Shown here piece after piece: positions 56,836 to 64,000 of a DNA stretch of 64,000 nucleotides (positions within the stretch are counted from its first letter, which is position 1; each line of letters starts with the position of its first letter). Location of the stretch: positions 5,355 through 69,354 of the forward strand of contig JANQMA010000013.1 of NCBI GenBank assembly GCA_028280285.1, read 5' to 3'. Made by a program: the position numbers and the translations under genes. The notes below the pieces were generated by a model. It was not told the origin of the DNA and searched no databases. It saw nothing but the letters and a program-made list of their open reading frames with translations. The stretch comes from Candidatus Omnitrophota bacterium. GTDB lineage: Bacteria > Omnitrophota > Gorgyraeia > Zapsychrales > Zapsychraceae.

Positions 56836-59800
56836 TTATTTAAGTATAATGGTTAAATCTGTGGCAGTTAAAACAGTGCTTGCGCTGTCAACAAAGACCC
56901 TCCTCTTTTGCCCCGAGTTAATGGTTGTTCCTTGAAAAATTTCTATGTCTTCAAATATAAAGTAATTTGAATCTTGATCTAAAACGGCATAATCGCTCAA
57001 CACAATCATTGCATTCGTATTATTTTCAATTTCTAAATATTGTGATCCAATCTCTGTTACAACAATATCTTCTTGCGCATTAACCACGCCTCCTAACACA
57101 ATATCGCTGTTATTATCAGTAGATGCACTATCATCCGATGATTGTGATTGATCAGTTTGATCTTCCTGGGTGTTCTCTGCAGCCGTTTCTTCTGTCTGCT
57201 CTGTTGGTTCAGGCATCTGTTCTTCGATAGGTGTTCCCATTTCACTTGACTCTTCCGGCTCTGAAGCAGACGTATTATCTGCGCTTATATCTGTTTGCTC
57301 TGCTTCGGCCTGTACCACTACTTGTGTCTGATATGTCCTCACATCACCGCCTATCCACTCACCATTAACTTTCGTCCACAAACGGGCAAAAACATTGGCA
57401 CCATCCTGCGGCAAACCAGCGGCCAATATATTTAAATCGGTTGTCCCTCCTGAAAAAATAAAATCAGCCGATACACGCGTTGTAAAGATAGAAAATTTGC
57501 GTCCAATATTGAGTTGATATTCCTCGGCATTATTCTCTGCACTCCATGTAAACACTTGCTCTGAACCGCTCAAAGTCGAATTGTCGGCTGGTGTTTGAAT
57601 CTCAGCCGGTTTGGCCGGCTCCACATATTTATTAAAATCCCCCGGTGTCGCCTGATCAAATGATCTAAATATGGTTGATCCATCTGGGAAACGGCCACCG
57701 CTATTGTCACTCGCAATAGTTTGCACTTCAGATAATGTAATCTGATCAATAATATCTATACCATTGCGTTCAACGAGGATGACAGGCTCATCGGATGATA
57801 TTTTAAAACTTGTATGCAAATTCCCTGAAGGATCCCTTTTATCTTTACCCGAGGCATAAAGGATTAAAAACTCTCCCGGACCTATGGAAACACTTGGAAA
57901 CTTCCATTTGGTTAGATTATCTTCACTATCCGTAATGTAGCTGTCCGTCAAATCAATTGTTTGTGTGGTCGTGTTATAAAGTTCAATCCAATCTTGTTCT
58001 TCTAAATCCTCATCAAGCATTTTTTTATCGCCACTATTGACGATTTCATTGATCACTATTTCCGCAGCAGGTGCCGCAGCATCTTCTTCAAAATTAGCAG
58101 TCACGGTAATATTTTTATTTGGAAAGATTGTGTGAACCGGGTTATCAACAATGGTTGAATCGACTGTGAAATTAACAAAACGAAAACCGCGGTTATTCTG
58201 AGCTGCAATCTTAAGTGGTACATCGTTAAAATATTGCCCCGTCCCGTCCAATTGAGCTTTAAATATTTCCGCATCTAGTTGTATCGTTCCACCTTCTTCA
58301 GGAAATGAACGAAAAGTAATCGTACTTGAACCGCTTAAATTAAAAAAGCTTTCAACATAACCACGCATTTCAGCCGGACGGTCTTGAAGAAAACTAACCA
58401 AATGATTAACATTGCTGCGCCAATCACCTTCTGTAAGCAATCCAGCAGCCCATAGATTAAGATGATAAGAAACCCACGGCGCGATTTTTTGCTCGGTTTG
58501 ACGCACAAAGGCAATAGCATTATCGGAACTAAACGTCCCGTTTAAAAGCGCATCAAATTTGCGAATAAAGGCATTTTTAAATTCTATATTCTGAAGAAGC
58601 GGCGCAAGCAATTTGGAATTGTGATTGAGAATACTTAACGAATCGATATGCATAATCGAATCGGCTAATCCAAAAGCTGAATCAAAATCATAATTATAGG
58701 TATGAAATGGTCCCGGTGTCTCCCCTTTTGGGGCATCGCGCCAAAACGCCAAATTGTTTGTTGCAAAATCAATATTTCCGGCAATAATTTGGGCCACCAT
58801 ACCGGAAAGAAAACTCTTTAAATGAAGACGCTGTTTAACATAATTGTAATTTGATTGATTGTTCAGGTTGTTTGCTTGCATAAAATCAATTAAGGCAAAA
58901 AAGTCATCCAAACCTTTTCGTCCGCCAGCTTCAATAGCGCTTTCACTCACTTCTTCATATTCCGCCTGACCAAGATCATAAAAATTTCCGAAAACGGCTG
59001 TGTTATCACTCCGTACAAACACATCCTCAAAATCATTATCCCGCAAAACAATCATGTCCACATCATCATCATCAACTTCCGGATGATTCGCTTCAATCGT
59101 TGAGTTATCACGCTTTTCACTTATATTAACCATACCAAAATTAAATCCATTGATTACAACAAGGATTGCCCCGCCATCAAACCGCATTTCAAAATCTTCA
59201 TCCGTACGGCATAATTCCGCCATAAGCGTATTACGAATACCCAAAGTCGGTTTAAAAAGCGGCTCAGGCTTGGTGGTTTTGACACTATCTTGATTATTGT
59301 TACGCACCTGATAGTGACGATACTTTGTAATCGGCTTATTTAAGACCTCTCCGACAAAATGCGAATGCATCGGATCAACATCTTCATTCGCGGAGATCTT
59401 AAACGGACGCATCCACTCATTACGTGAGCTGGCCCCAATAACTTGAATTTCCGCATCTTGAGAAAAGACTTGCACCCCTTCAGCATTAAAGTATTCGACA
59501 TGCATCGGACGACGCTGTTTTCTTTGTAAATTCGGTGAAGTATCTGGCGTATCCCCACTTCCTGGGAAAATACCGATCCCAGGATCCCATAAATTGTCAT
59601 ATTCCGTTGTAATCGCAAGAACAGGCAGTCCCTTGGCATCAAAATTGATGAAATAAGTCTGCCCGGCCGGTCCACTATTGGCATAGCCGCCTCTAGAGGC
59701 GATCGCGCGGATAGTGGTTGTCTTTGTCACAGTAATCGGTCCGTTATATTTTTGAGAATTTGTGGTAGGAGCTGTTCCGTCAAGCGTGTAAAAAATTTCG

Positions 59801-60393
59801 GCACCTAAAGTGTTTGTTGAAAGACTAACTGTTATGTTGGAATCATAAAATCCACCGCCTTGTGAAAACTGCGGCCGGGAAACCATTGGTGCTCCGTTAG
59901 CCGCTCCTGGTGTAGGCTCACGGAACAAAAGGTGCTCTCCTGTTGTATGCTTACCGAATGATAAGTTACGTGGAATGGCGTCATAATCAATTCTGCTGAC
60001 AATCTGTCCAAACGGGTCCGTTAAAATAACAGCGTCGTCATCATCGGAAAGTCTAAAATTTGTATGGAAATTCGGTGGCGGCGGATCTGTTCTATCTTTG
60101 TTAGATGCAAAAACAACCAGGTATTCACCTGGTTGAATGATATAACTTGGGAAAACCCAGTGGCCAATTGACCCGTCATCATCAGCCAGCCCCCAACCTG
60201 CTAGATCAACAGGGGTTGAGCCATTGTTATAAAGCTCGATCCAATCGGAAGAATCTCCATCTGCATCAAAAAAAATTGTGTTTGATGTAGTGATTTCATT
60301 GACAACAACGTTGGCATGGGCATTCGCTGTAAACACAGCAAAAAATATTGCCAAAAAAGTTGTTAGGAAAGTTGTGCGAGTCCTGCTGTCCAT
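56836..60393 (-). CDS. Secreted CotH-family kinase with LTDs, Fn3-associated domain and acidic tail
   Basis: LTD (VVNE..DWIELYN); PQFSQGGGFY...IFYTLDGTAP; CotH motifs GASSR, GNIDFATNN and YDFDSAFG; second LTD; one copy of the ~90-aa repeat; E/T/S/Q-rich linker. Confidence 0.87.
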   Translation of the reverse strand: MDSRTRTTFLTTFLAIFFAVFTANAHANVVVNEITTSNTIFFDADGDSSDWIELYNNGSTPVDLAGWGLADDDGSIGHWVFPSYIIQPGEYLVVFASNKDRTDPPPPNFHTNFRLSDDDDAVILTDPFGQIVSRIDYDAIPRNLSFGKHTTGEHLLFREPTPGAANGAPMVSRPQFSQGGGFYDSNITVSLSTNTLGAEIFYTLDGTAPTTNSQKYNGPITVTKTTTIRAIASRGGYANSGPAGQTYFINFDAKGLPVLAITTEYDNLWDPGIGIFPGSGDTPDTSPNLQRKQRRPMHVEYFNAEGVQVFSQDAEIQVIGASSRNEWMRPFKISANEDVDPMHSHFVGEVLNKPITKYRHYQVRNNNQDSVKTTKPEPLFKPTLGIRNTLMAELCRTDEDFEMRFDGGAILVVINGFNFGMVNISEKRDNSTIEANHPEVDDDDVDMIVLRDNDFEDVFVRSDNTAVFGNFYDLGQAEYEEVSESAIEAGGRKGLDDFFALIDFMQANNLNNQSNYNYVKQRLHLKSFLSGMVAQIIAGNIDFATNNLAFWRDAPKGETPGPFHTYNYDFDSAFGLADSIMHIDSLSILNHNSKLLAPLLQNIEFKNAFIRKFDALLNGTFSSDNAIAFVRQTEQKIAPWVSYHLNLWAAGLLTEGDWRSNVNHLVSFLQDRPAEMRGYVESFFNLSGSSTITFRSFPEEGGTIQLDAEIFKAQLDGTGQYFNDVPLKIAAQNNRGFRFVNFTVDSTIVDNPVHTIFPNKNITVTANFEEDAAAPAAEIVINEIVNSGDKKMLDEDLEEQDWIELYNTTTQTIDLTDSYITDSEDNLTKWKFPSVSIGPGEFLILYASGKDKRDPSGNLHTSFKISSDEPVILVERNGIDIIDQITLSEVQTIASDNSGGRFPDGSTIFRSFDQATPGDFNKYVEPAKPAEIQTPADNSTLSGSEQVFTWSAENNAEEYQLNIGRKFSIFTTRVSADFIFSGGTTDLNILAAGLPQDGANVFARLWTKVNGEWIGGDVRTYQTQVVVQAEAEQTDISADNTSASEPEESSEMGTPIEEQMPEPTEQTEETAAENTQEDQTDQSQSSDDSASTDNNSDIVLGGVVNAQEDIVVTEIGSQYLEIENNTNAMIVLSDYAVLDQDSNYFIFEDIEIFQGTTINSGQKRRVFVDSASTVLTATDLTIILK

Positions 60394-60430
60394 AGAGATA
60401 TCTAATAACCGGTTATTATTTATCTCTATG
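60391..60430. repeat. 40-bp near-perfect palindrome over the CotH start region
   Basis: CATAGAGATA-TC-TAATAACCGGTTATTA-TT-TATCTCTATG; 18 of 20 positions pair. Confidence 0.85.
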
Positions 60431-60482
60431 ATATATATTTAATGTGAACTTTATGTGACAAAGCTGCAAAAGGTGTGTGAAT
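60428..60482 (-). promoter_or_regulatory. Pho-box-like 11-bp direct-repeat array plus -10 element for the CotH-porin unit
   Basis: ATTCAC/TTTTGC/TGTCAC/GTTCAC starting at 60482/60471/60460/60449, then 10 nt, then TATCAT. Confidence 0.75.
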
Positions 60483-60498
60483 AGTGCAGATTTTTTAT

Positions 60499-61416
60499 TT
60501 ATTCAGATTTATCATTACCTAAATCATTATTTTGCAGTAGTTTATGTAAATCTTCATTTCTCTCAAGCAATTCACGCGTCTGTTTCTGTAAAGCCTCATT
60601 AACCTCGACTAAATCCTTTACCTGATTAATCAAAAAATAATACTCTTCCCGCATTTCACGATTGGAGAAATTTTCTTGACCGGCCGGCTCTTGTGGACTC
60701 GACACATAGTCAGATTCTGGTATTAAGTCATGCTGGGCAATTAAATCCGTCAATTGCTGATCAAAGGTTTCATCCCAGAGCTGAAGTGTTATATGCGCCT
60801 TATTTAATTCCTCATCATAGATCTCAGGATCATCGGCTAATATACGTTTCATTAAAATACTATGATAGGCCAGCAAATGCTCATAATAGCCCAGCATTGT
60901 CGCGACAAGATCTTCGGTCAAAGCTATGGGCTTAATGCCGGCCACTTTGTTTTTGGCCTCTTCAATGTAGTGCATCACCTCAAGCAGCAGGGTTAATGTT
61001 TTTTCATGATCGCGTGTTTTTTGAGCCTCTTCTAAAAGCACGATAAACTGTTCTAAAAAAAGATCCAGCTCCTGATCGATATCAACAATTTCGAGGAGCG
61101 CTTTACCTATTGTTAATTCCGAAGGCCCGACGTTCCTTTGAGGGATAATGGGCACAAGAGCATCTTCTTTTGGCTCCGGATCAAAGGTTTCTTGCCCTTC
61201 TGGTATGCGCTGGGAAATCTCATCCTTACTGATAAAAATAAAAGGAGGTGTTAGATATTCCGAAAAACTTGCCTTAAAATAATTGTCTTTTTCTTTTACG
61301 ACATAAGCATGGATGTCTTCCCCCGACTTCATCCGAAAAGTATCGGCCAAGATATTTGATGTACTCAGGATAAGCATTCCTGTAAAAATTAATGTTATCA
61401 TTGCTTGTGATTTCAT
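60499..61416 (-). CDS. Hypothetical exported acidic helical protein
   Basis: Signal peptide ending ILA-DT, small DTFRMKSG beta module, helical middle and coiled-coil C-terminus. Confidence 0.7.
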   Translation of the reverse strand: MKSQAMITLIFTGMLILSTSNILADTFRMKSGEDIHAYVVKEKDNYFKASFSEYLTPPFIFISKDEISQRIPEGQETFDPEPKEDALVPIIPQRNVGPSELTIGKALLEIVDIDQELDLFLEQFIVLLEEAQKTRDHEKTLTLLLEVMHYIEEAKNKVAGIKPIALTEDLVATMLGYYEHLLAYHSILMKRILADDPEIYDEELNKAHITLQLWDETFDQQLTDLIAQHDLIPESDYVSSPQEPAGQENFSNREMREEYYFLINQVKDLVEVNEALQKQTRELLERNEDLHKLLQNNDLGNDKSE

Positions 61417-61458
61417 TTTTTTATTTCAATCCAACCATTATTATGTTAAATATGTTTC

Positions 61459-62088
61459 ATGCAAAAGATTTCACTCAATCTACTTCTCTTTACTATCGGC
61501 ATTTGCTTCTTTGCCCATGCCCAAAATCTTTCATCTGAGTATTCTCCTTTAAATCCAGACGGCTCTGTGAACGCCCTCATTGAAATACCGGCGGGCACCA
61601 ATGAAAAATGGGAGCTGTCCAAAGACACACAAACAATCGCGCTAGAACATAAAAACGGCAAACCACGCATTATTCAATACCTTGGCTACCCCGGTAATTA
61701 CGGCATGGTACCTCAAACTTTGCTTGCTGAAGATCAAGGCGGTGATGGTGATCCGCTCGACATTCTTGTGATCGGCGCACCCGCCAAACGCGGAGATATT
61801 ATTCCGGCCAAACTGCTTGGCGTTTTAAAACTTCTCGATGATAATGAACAAGATGACAAATTGATTGCCGCCATGCCTGATTCAGTTTTCGCCAATCTTA
61901 ATTCCCTCGAGGAATTAGATCGTGGTTTCCCCGGCACTCTATCAATTCTTCAAACATGGTTTACTTATTATAAGGGGCCGAACGGCGGCATGGTCTTTAA
62001 AGGTTTCGGCACGCGCGAGGAAGCCTTAGCGATTCTTAACAAAGCTTCTGTTCCACAAACTCTTTCTGCTACTCAACAAACCAATTGA
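61459..62088 (+). CDS. ppa: Family I inorganic pyrophosphatase with N-terminal signal peptide
   Basis: EIPAG..KWE, YPGNYG..PQT, DGDPLD, DDK and YK motifs; leader MQKISLNLLLFTIGICFFAHA. Confidence 0.93.
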   Translation: MQKISLNLLLFTIGICFFAHAQNLSSEYSPLNPDGSVNALIEIPAGTNEKWELSKDTQTIALEHKNGKPRIIQYLGYPGNYGMVPQTLLAEDQGGDGDPLDILVIGAPAKRGDIIPAKLLGVLKLLDDNEQDDKLIAAMPDSVFANLNSLEELDRGFPGTLSILQTWFTYYKGPNGGMVFKGFGTREEALAILNKASVPQTLSATQQTN

Positions 62089-62488
62089 CAATATCATCCT
62101 TACTTTGAACGCCATCAGATCCTAAAGAAGACAAGTCATACGACTCGGTATTTTGGACGCCCGGGGCAACATAGACATATTCTCTTTGCCAGGGATCACG
62201 AGGAAGAGCCTTCTTTTTAAGATAGGGCCCATCCCATCCTCCCGCACCGGAAGGCTTAACCAGCAAGGCCTTTAACCCTTCATTAGTTGTGGGATACTGA
62301 CCAACATCCAGTTCGTACATATCAAGCGCAACGGAAAGATTGGCTTCGATGTCTGCCCTGGCCGCAGATATACGGGCCTTCTCGCCCTTGCCGGCCAAAT
62401 TCGGCACAACCATGGCTGCCAAAACACCAATGATAATGACAACCAATAATATTTCAACAAGGGTGAATCCCTTTGTGTTATTTTTCAT
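62069..62488 (-). CDS. gspG: Type II secretion major pseudopilin
   Basis: Prepilin site KG-FTLVE; ALDMYELDVGQYP, WDGPYL, DPWQREYVY and SLGSDG..DDI. Confidence 0.93.
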   Translation of the reverse strand: MKNNTKGFTLVEILLVVIIIGVLAAMVVPNLAGKGEKARISAARADIEANLSVALDMYELDVGQYPTTNEGLKALLVKPSGAGGWDGPYLKKKALPRDPWQREYVYVAPGVQNTESYDLSSLGSDGVQSKDDIVNWFVE

Positions 62489-62556
62489 CTTTATCTCCTC
62501 TGTAGTCCTTTTGAATTATAAATTGTTCGTTATACAATGCAAGTAGTATTTTGATC

Positions 62557-62620
62557 GTAATTGGTATTTGGTAATTAGTAATTGGAACGCTAATTACCAT
62601 TTACCAATTACCAACTACCA
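62557..62620. repeat. Inverted heptamer array (GTAATTG)n / (CAATTAC)n
   Basis: gtaattg gtatttg gtaatta gtaattg - gaacgc - taattac catttac caattac caactac; overlaps the sirtuin stop codon. Confidence 0.85.
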
Positions 62621-63363
62621 TTCATTATTACCTTACCCATCGTCTCACCAATCGATCCTTCGATTTTCAAATCCGCGAGATGATCAAGCGGTGTTTCTGA
62701 GTTTGTGATGATCGCTAAAAGCGCCCCATGACGCTTGGCCTCTCGTGGAATCGATGCTGCCGGCTCAACAAGCAAACTTGATCCCAGCACCAGCATAAAA
62801 TCGCATTCGCAGGCATGCATAAAGCATTGATCCAAGACATCAGGATCAAGCCGTTGACCAAAAGAAACCGTATTTGGTTTTAAAAACCCGTCGCACTTTT
62901 CACAAAGGGGAATTGTATCTCCGCCTTTAATTCTTTCATACGCATATTCCCACGACTTAATATCGCCGCATGTCAAACAGATCACCTCACGGCTTGTGCC
63001 ATGAATTTCAAGGGTTTTATCCGGTGCGCTTCCCGCCATTTGATGCAGTCCATCGATGTTTTGGGTGATAAGCGCGCGGAGCTTGCCTTGTTTCTCCAAT
63101 TCAACAATGGCTTTGTGTCCGGCATTGGGTTTGGCGTCTTTGTTTTCCTCGAATAAAGCGAGCTTGCGCTCCCAATAAAGTTTACGCTTTACTTCATCAG
63201 CCAAAAATTCTTGAATGGTTACCGGTTGAAACCGCTCCCAAATTCCGCCTTGTGAACGAAAATCACTGATCCCGCTTTCGGTTGATATCCCGGCGCCGGT
63301 AAAGACGACGATTTGTTTGGATTGGTCGATGAAACGTTTTAATGTATTAATTTGATCAAGCAT
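62608..63363 (-). CDS. cobB: NAD-dependent deacylase (sirtuin)
   Basis: TGAGISTESGISDFR, ITQNIDGLH, EIHG, zinc ligands CLTC/CEKC, and GSSL. Confidence 0.95.
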   Translation of the reverse strand: MLDQINTLKRFIDQSKQIVVFTGAGISTESGISDFRSQGGIWERFQPVTIQEFLADEVKRKLYWERKLALFEENKDAKPNAGHKAIVELEKQGKLRALITQNIDGLHQMAGSAPDKTLEIHGTSREVICLTCGDIKSWEYAYERIKGGDTIPLCEKCDGFLKPNTVSFGQRLDPDVLDQCFMHACECDFMLVLGSSLLVEPAASIPREAKRHGALLAIITNSETPLDHLADLKIEGSIGETMGKVIMNGSW

Positions 63364-63371
63364 TGATAATC

Positions 63372-63478
63372 AGTGTTCTGTGTTCTATCGCAGGAAATGA
63401 TAAACGGTGTTCAGTGTTCATTTATGAACGAACACCGAACACAAATTATAGTTTTACTTAGCTAGAACACCGAACACT
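63372..63478. repeat. Nested inverted heptamer repeats (GTGTTC / GAACAC units)
   Basis: Outer pair AGTGTTCTGTGTTCTA / TAGAACACCGAACACT; inner pair GGTGTTCAGTGTTC / GAACACCGAACAC. Confidence 0.85.
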
Positions 63479-63482
63479 CTAT

Positions 63483-64000
63483 TTAATTCCGCGTTTCATA
63501 CAAATGAATCATGGTATCAAGCATCGTTGGGTCTTGAGTTCCACTCGTTGATAAGGCGTCTTCTCCTTGATCTTCAAGCAACCTTTTAGGCATTTCCATC
63601 GATTCAACAGCAATGGGTTTATAAAAAGAAATCCGCCGTCCTTTTTGAAGCCTAGCCAAAGTATTATTGGGAAACTCCACCCAGTTATATTTATCATCCG
63701 GAACGGTTGATGTGACCGCTGCAATATCAAGCTTATCATCCATCAAATAATAAAGGCTTGTGCCTTTGCGAAACGCCCAAATACTCATCCCATCACTTAA
63801 AAAGAAATTGAGATAACGCCTGCCTTCTCCTAGTATTGCGTATAATTGGCTTAAGGCCGCATTAATGCCTTGCTCAACATCCCCGCGTGATTGCTCAATC
63901 ATTTTAAGCAGATAAATAAAATAGAGTTCGGAATCTATCCAGCTCTTGGGCGGGGCGTGGTCACACACCTCTGGTTTATTTTTGGTTAAATACTCCTCCC
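63483..64000 (-). CDS. Class II glutamine amidotransferase-like (YafJ/EgtC-type) protein, C-terminal part
   Basis: Frame stays open to the window end (EEYLTKNKPEVCDH...); DSELYF, LNFFLSDG..IWAFR and SLYY patterns. Confidence 0.65.
   Translation of the reverse strand, partial: EEYLTKNKPEVCDHAPPKSWIDSELYFIYLLKMIEQSRGDVEQGINAALSQLYAILGEGRRYLNFFLSDGMSIWAFRKGTSLYYLMDDKLDIAAVTSTVPDDKYNWVEFPNNTLARLQKGRRISFYKPIAVESMEMPKRLLEDQGEDALSTSGTQDPTMLDTMIHLYETRN

Noticed and set aside
16331-60393. 'Spore' genes (SplB-like, CotH) as evidence of sporulation
   Set aside because: Both families are widespread in non-sporulators; the porin and GspG indicate a diderm, and no sporulation regulators are seen.
22934-60482. 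The region as a mobile genomic island
   Set aside because: No integrase, transposase, tRNA or flanking direct repeats seen, and no obvious compositional break by eye.
62608-63363. Sir2 protein as an anti-phage (Thoeris/DSR-type) effector
   Set aside because: It is a canonical zinc-binding CobB-type sirtuin of about 250 aa with no defence partners nearby.
1-64000. Near-total minus-strand gene orientation
   Set aside because: Compatible with ordinary leading-strand bias and operon structure.

Overview
About 40% GC bacterial DNA with almost all genes on the minus strand. It is most likely from Candidatus Omnitrophota (PVC superphylum); this is inferred from two giant proteins whose shared N- and C-terminal caps I recognise as typical of that lineage, and it was not database-verified. 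1-22.8 kb holds housekeeping and signalling genes: AGCS symporter, arsC, crcB, DUF368, Deg protease, SET protein, two-component genes, HIT, exonuclease, csp, rnd, purB, SplB-like radical SAM and GGDEF. 22.9-60.5 kb is the striking part, with three minus-strand units. (i) Two giant paralogous proteins (3561 and about 2150 aa) have conserved caps and unrelated cargo; one carries a degenerate phosphoglycerate kinase plus an HATPase domain. (ii) An operon encodes one 5x lamin-tail-domain (LTD) protein with a C-terminal type-I-like dockerin and three secreted proteins built as cohesin + Ig stalk + apparently inactive C39-like domain, i.e. a cohesin-dockerin assembly with no recognisable CAZyme. (iii) An LTD/CotH-kinase gene is followed by an outer-membrane porin. 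Each of the three units is preceded by four 11-bp-phased Pho-box-like repeats ending exactly 10 nt before a -10 hexamer, suggesting one OmpR/PhoB-family regulon, possibly for phosphate starvation. The window ends with a signal-peptide-bearing pyrophosphatase, a lone gspG, a sirtuin and a partial class II amidotransferase-like gene. No rRNA, tRNA, CRISPR array or transposase was seen.
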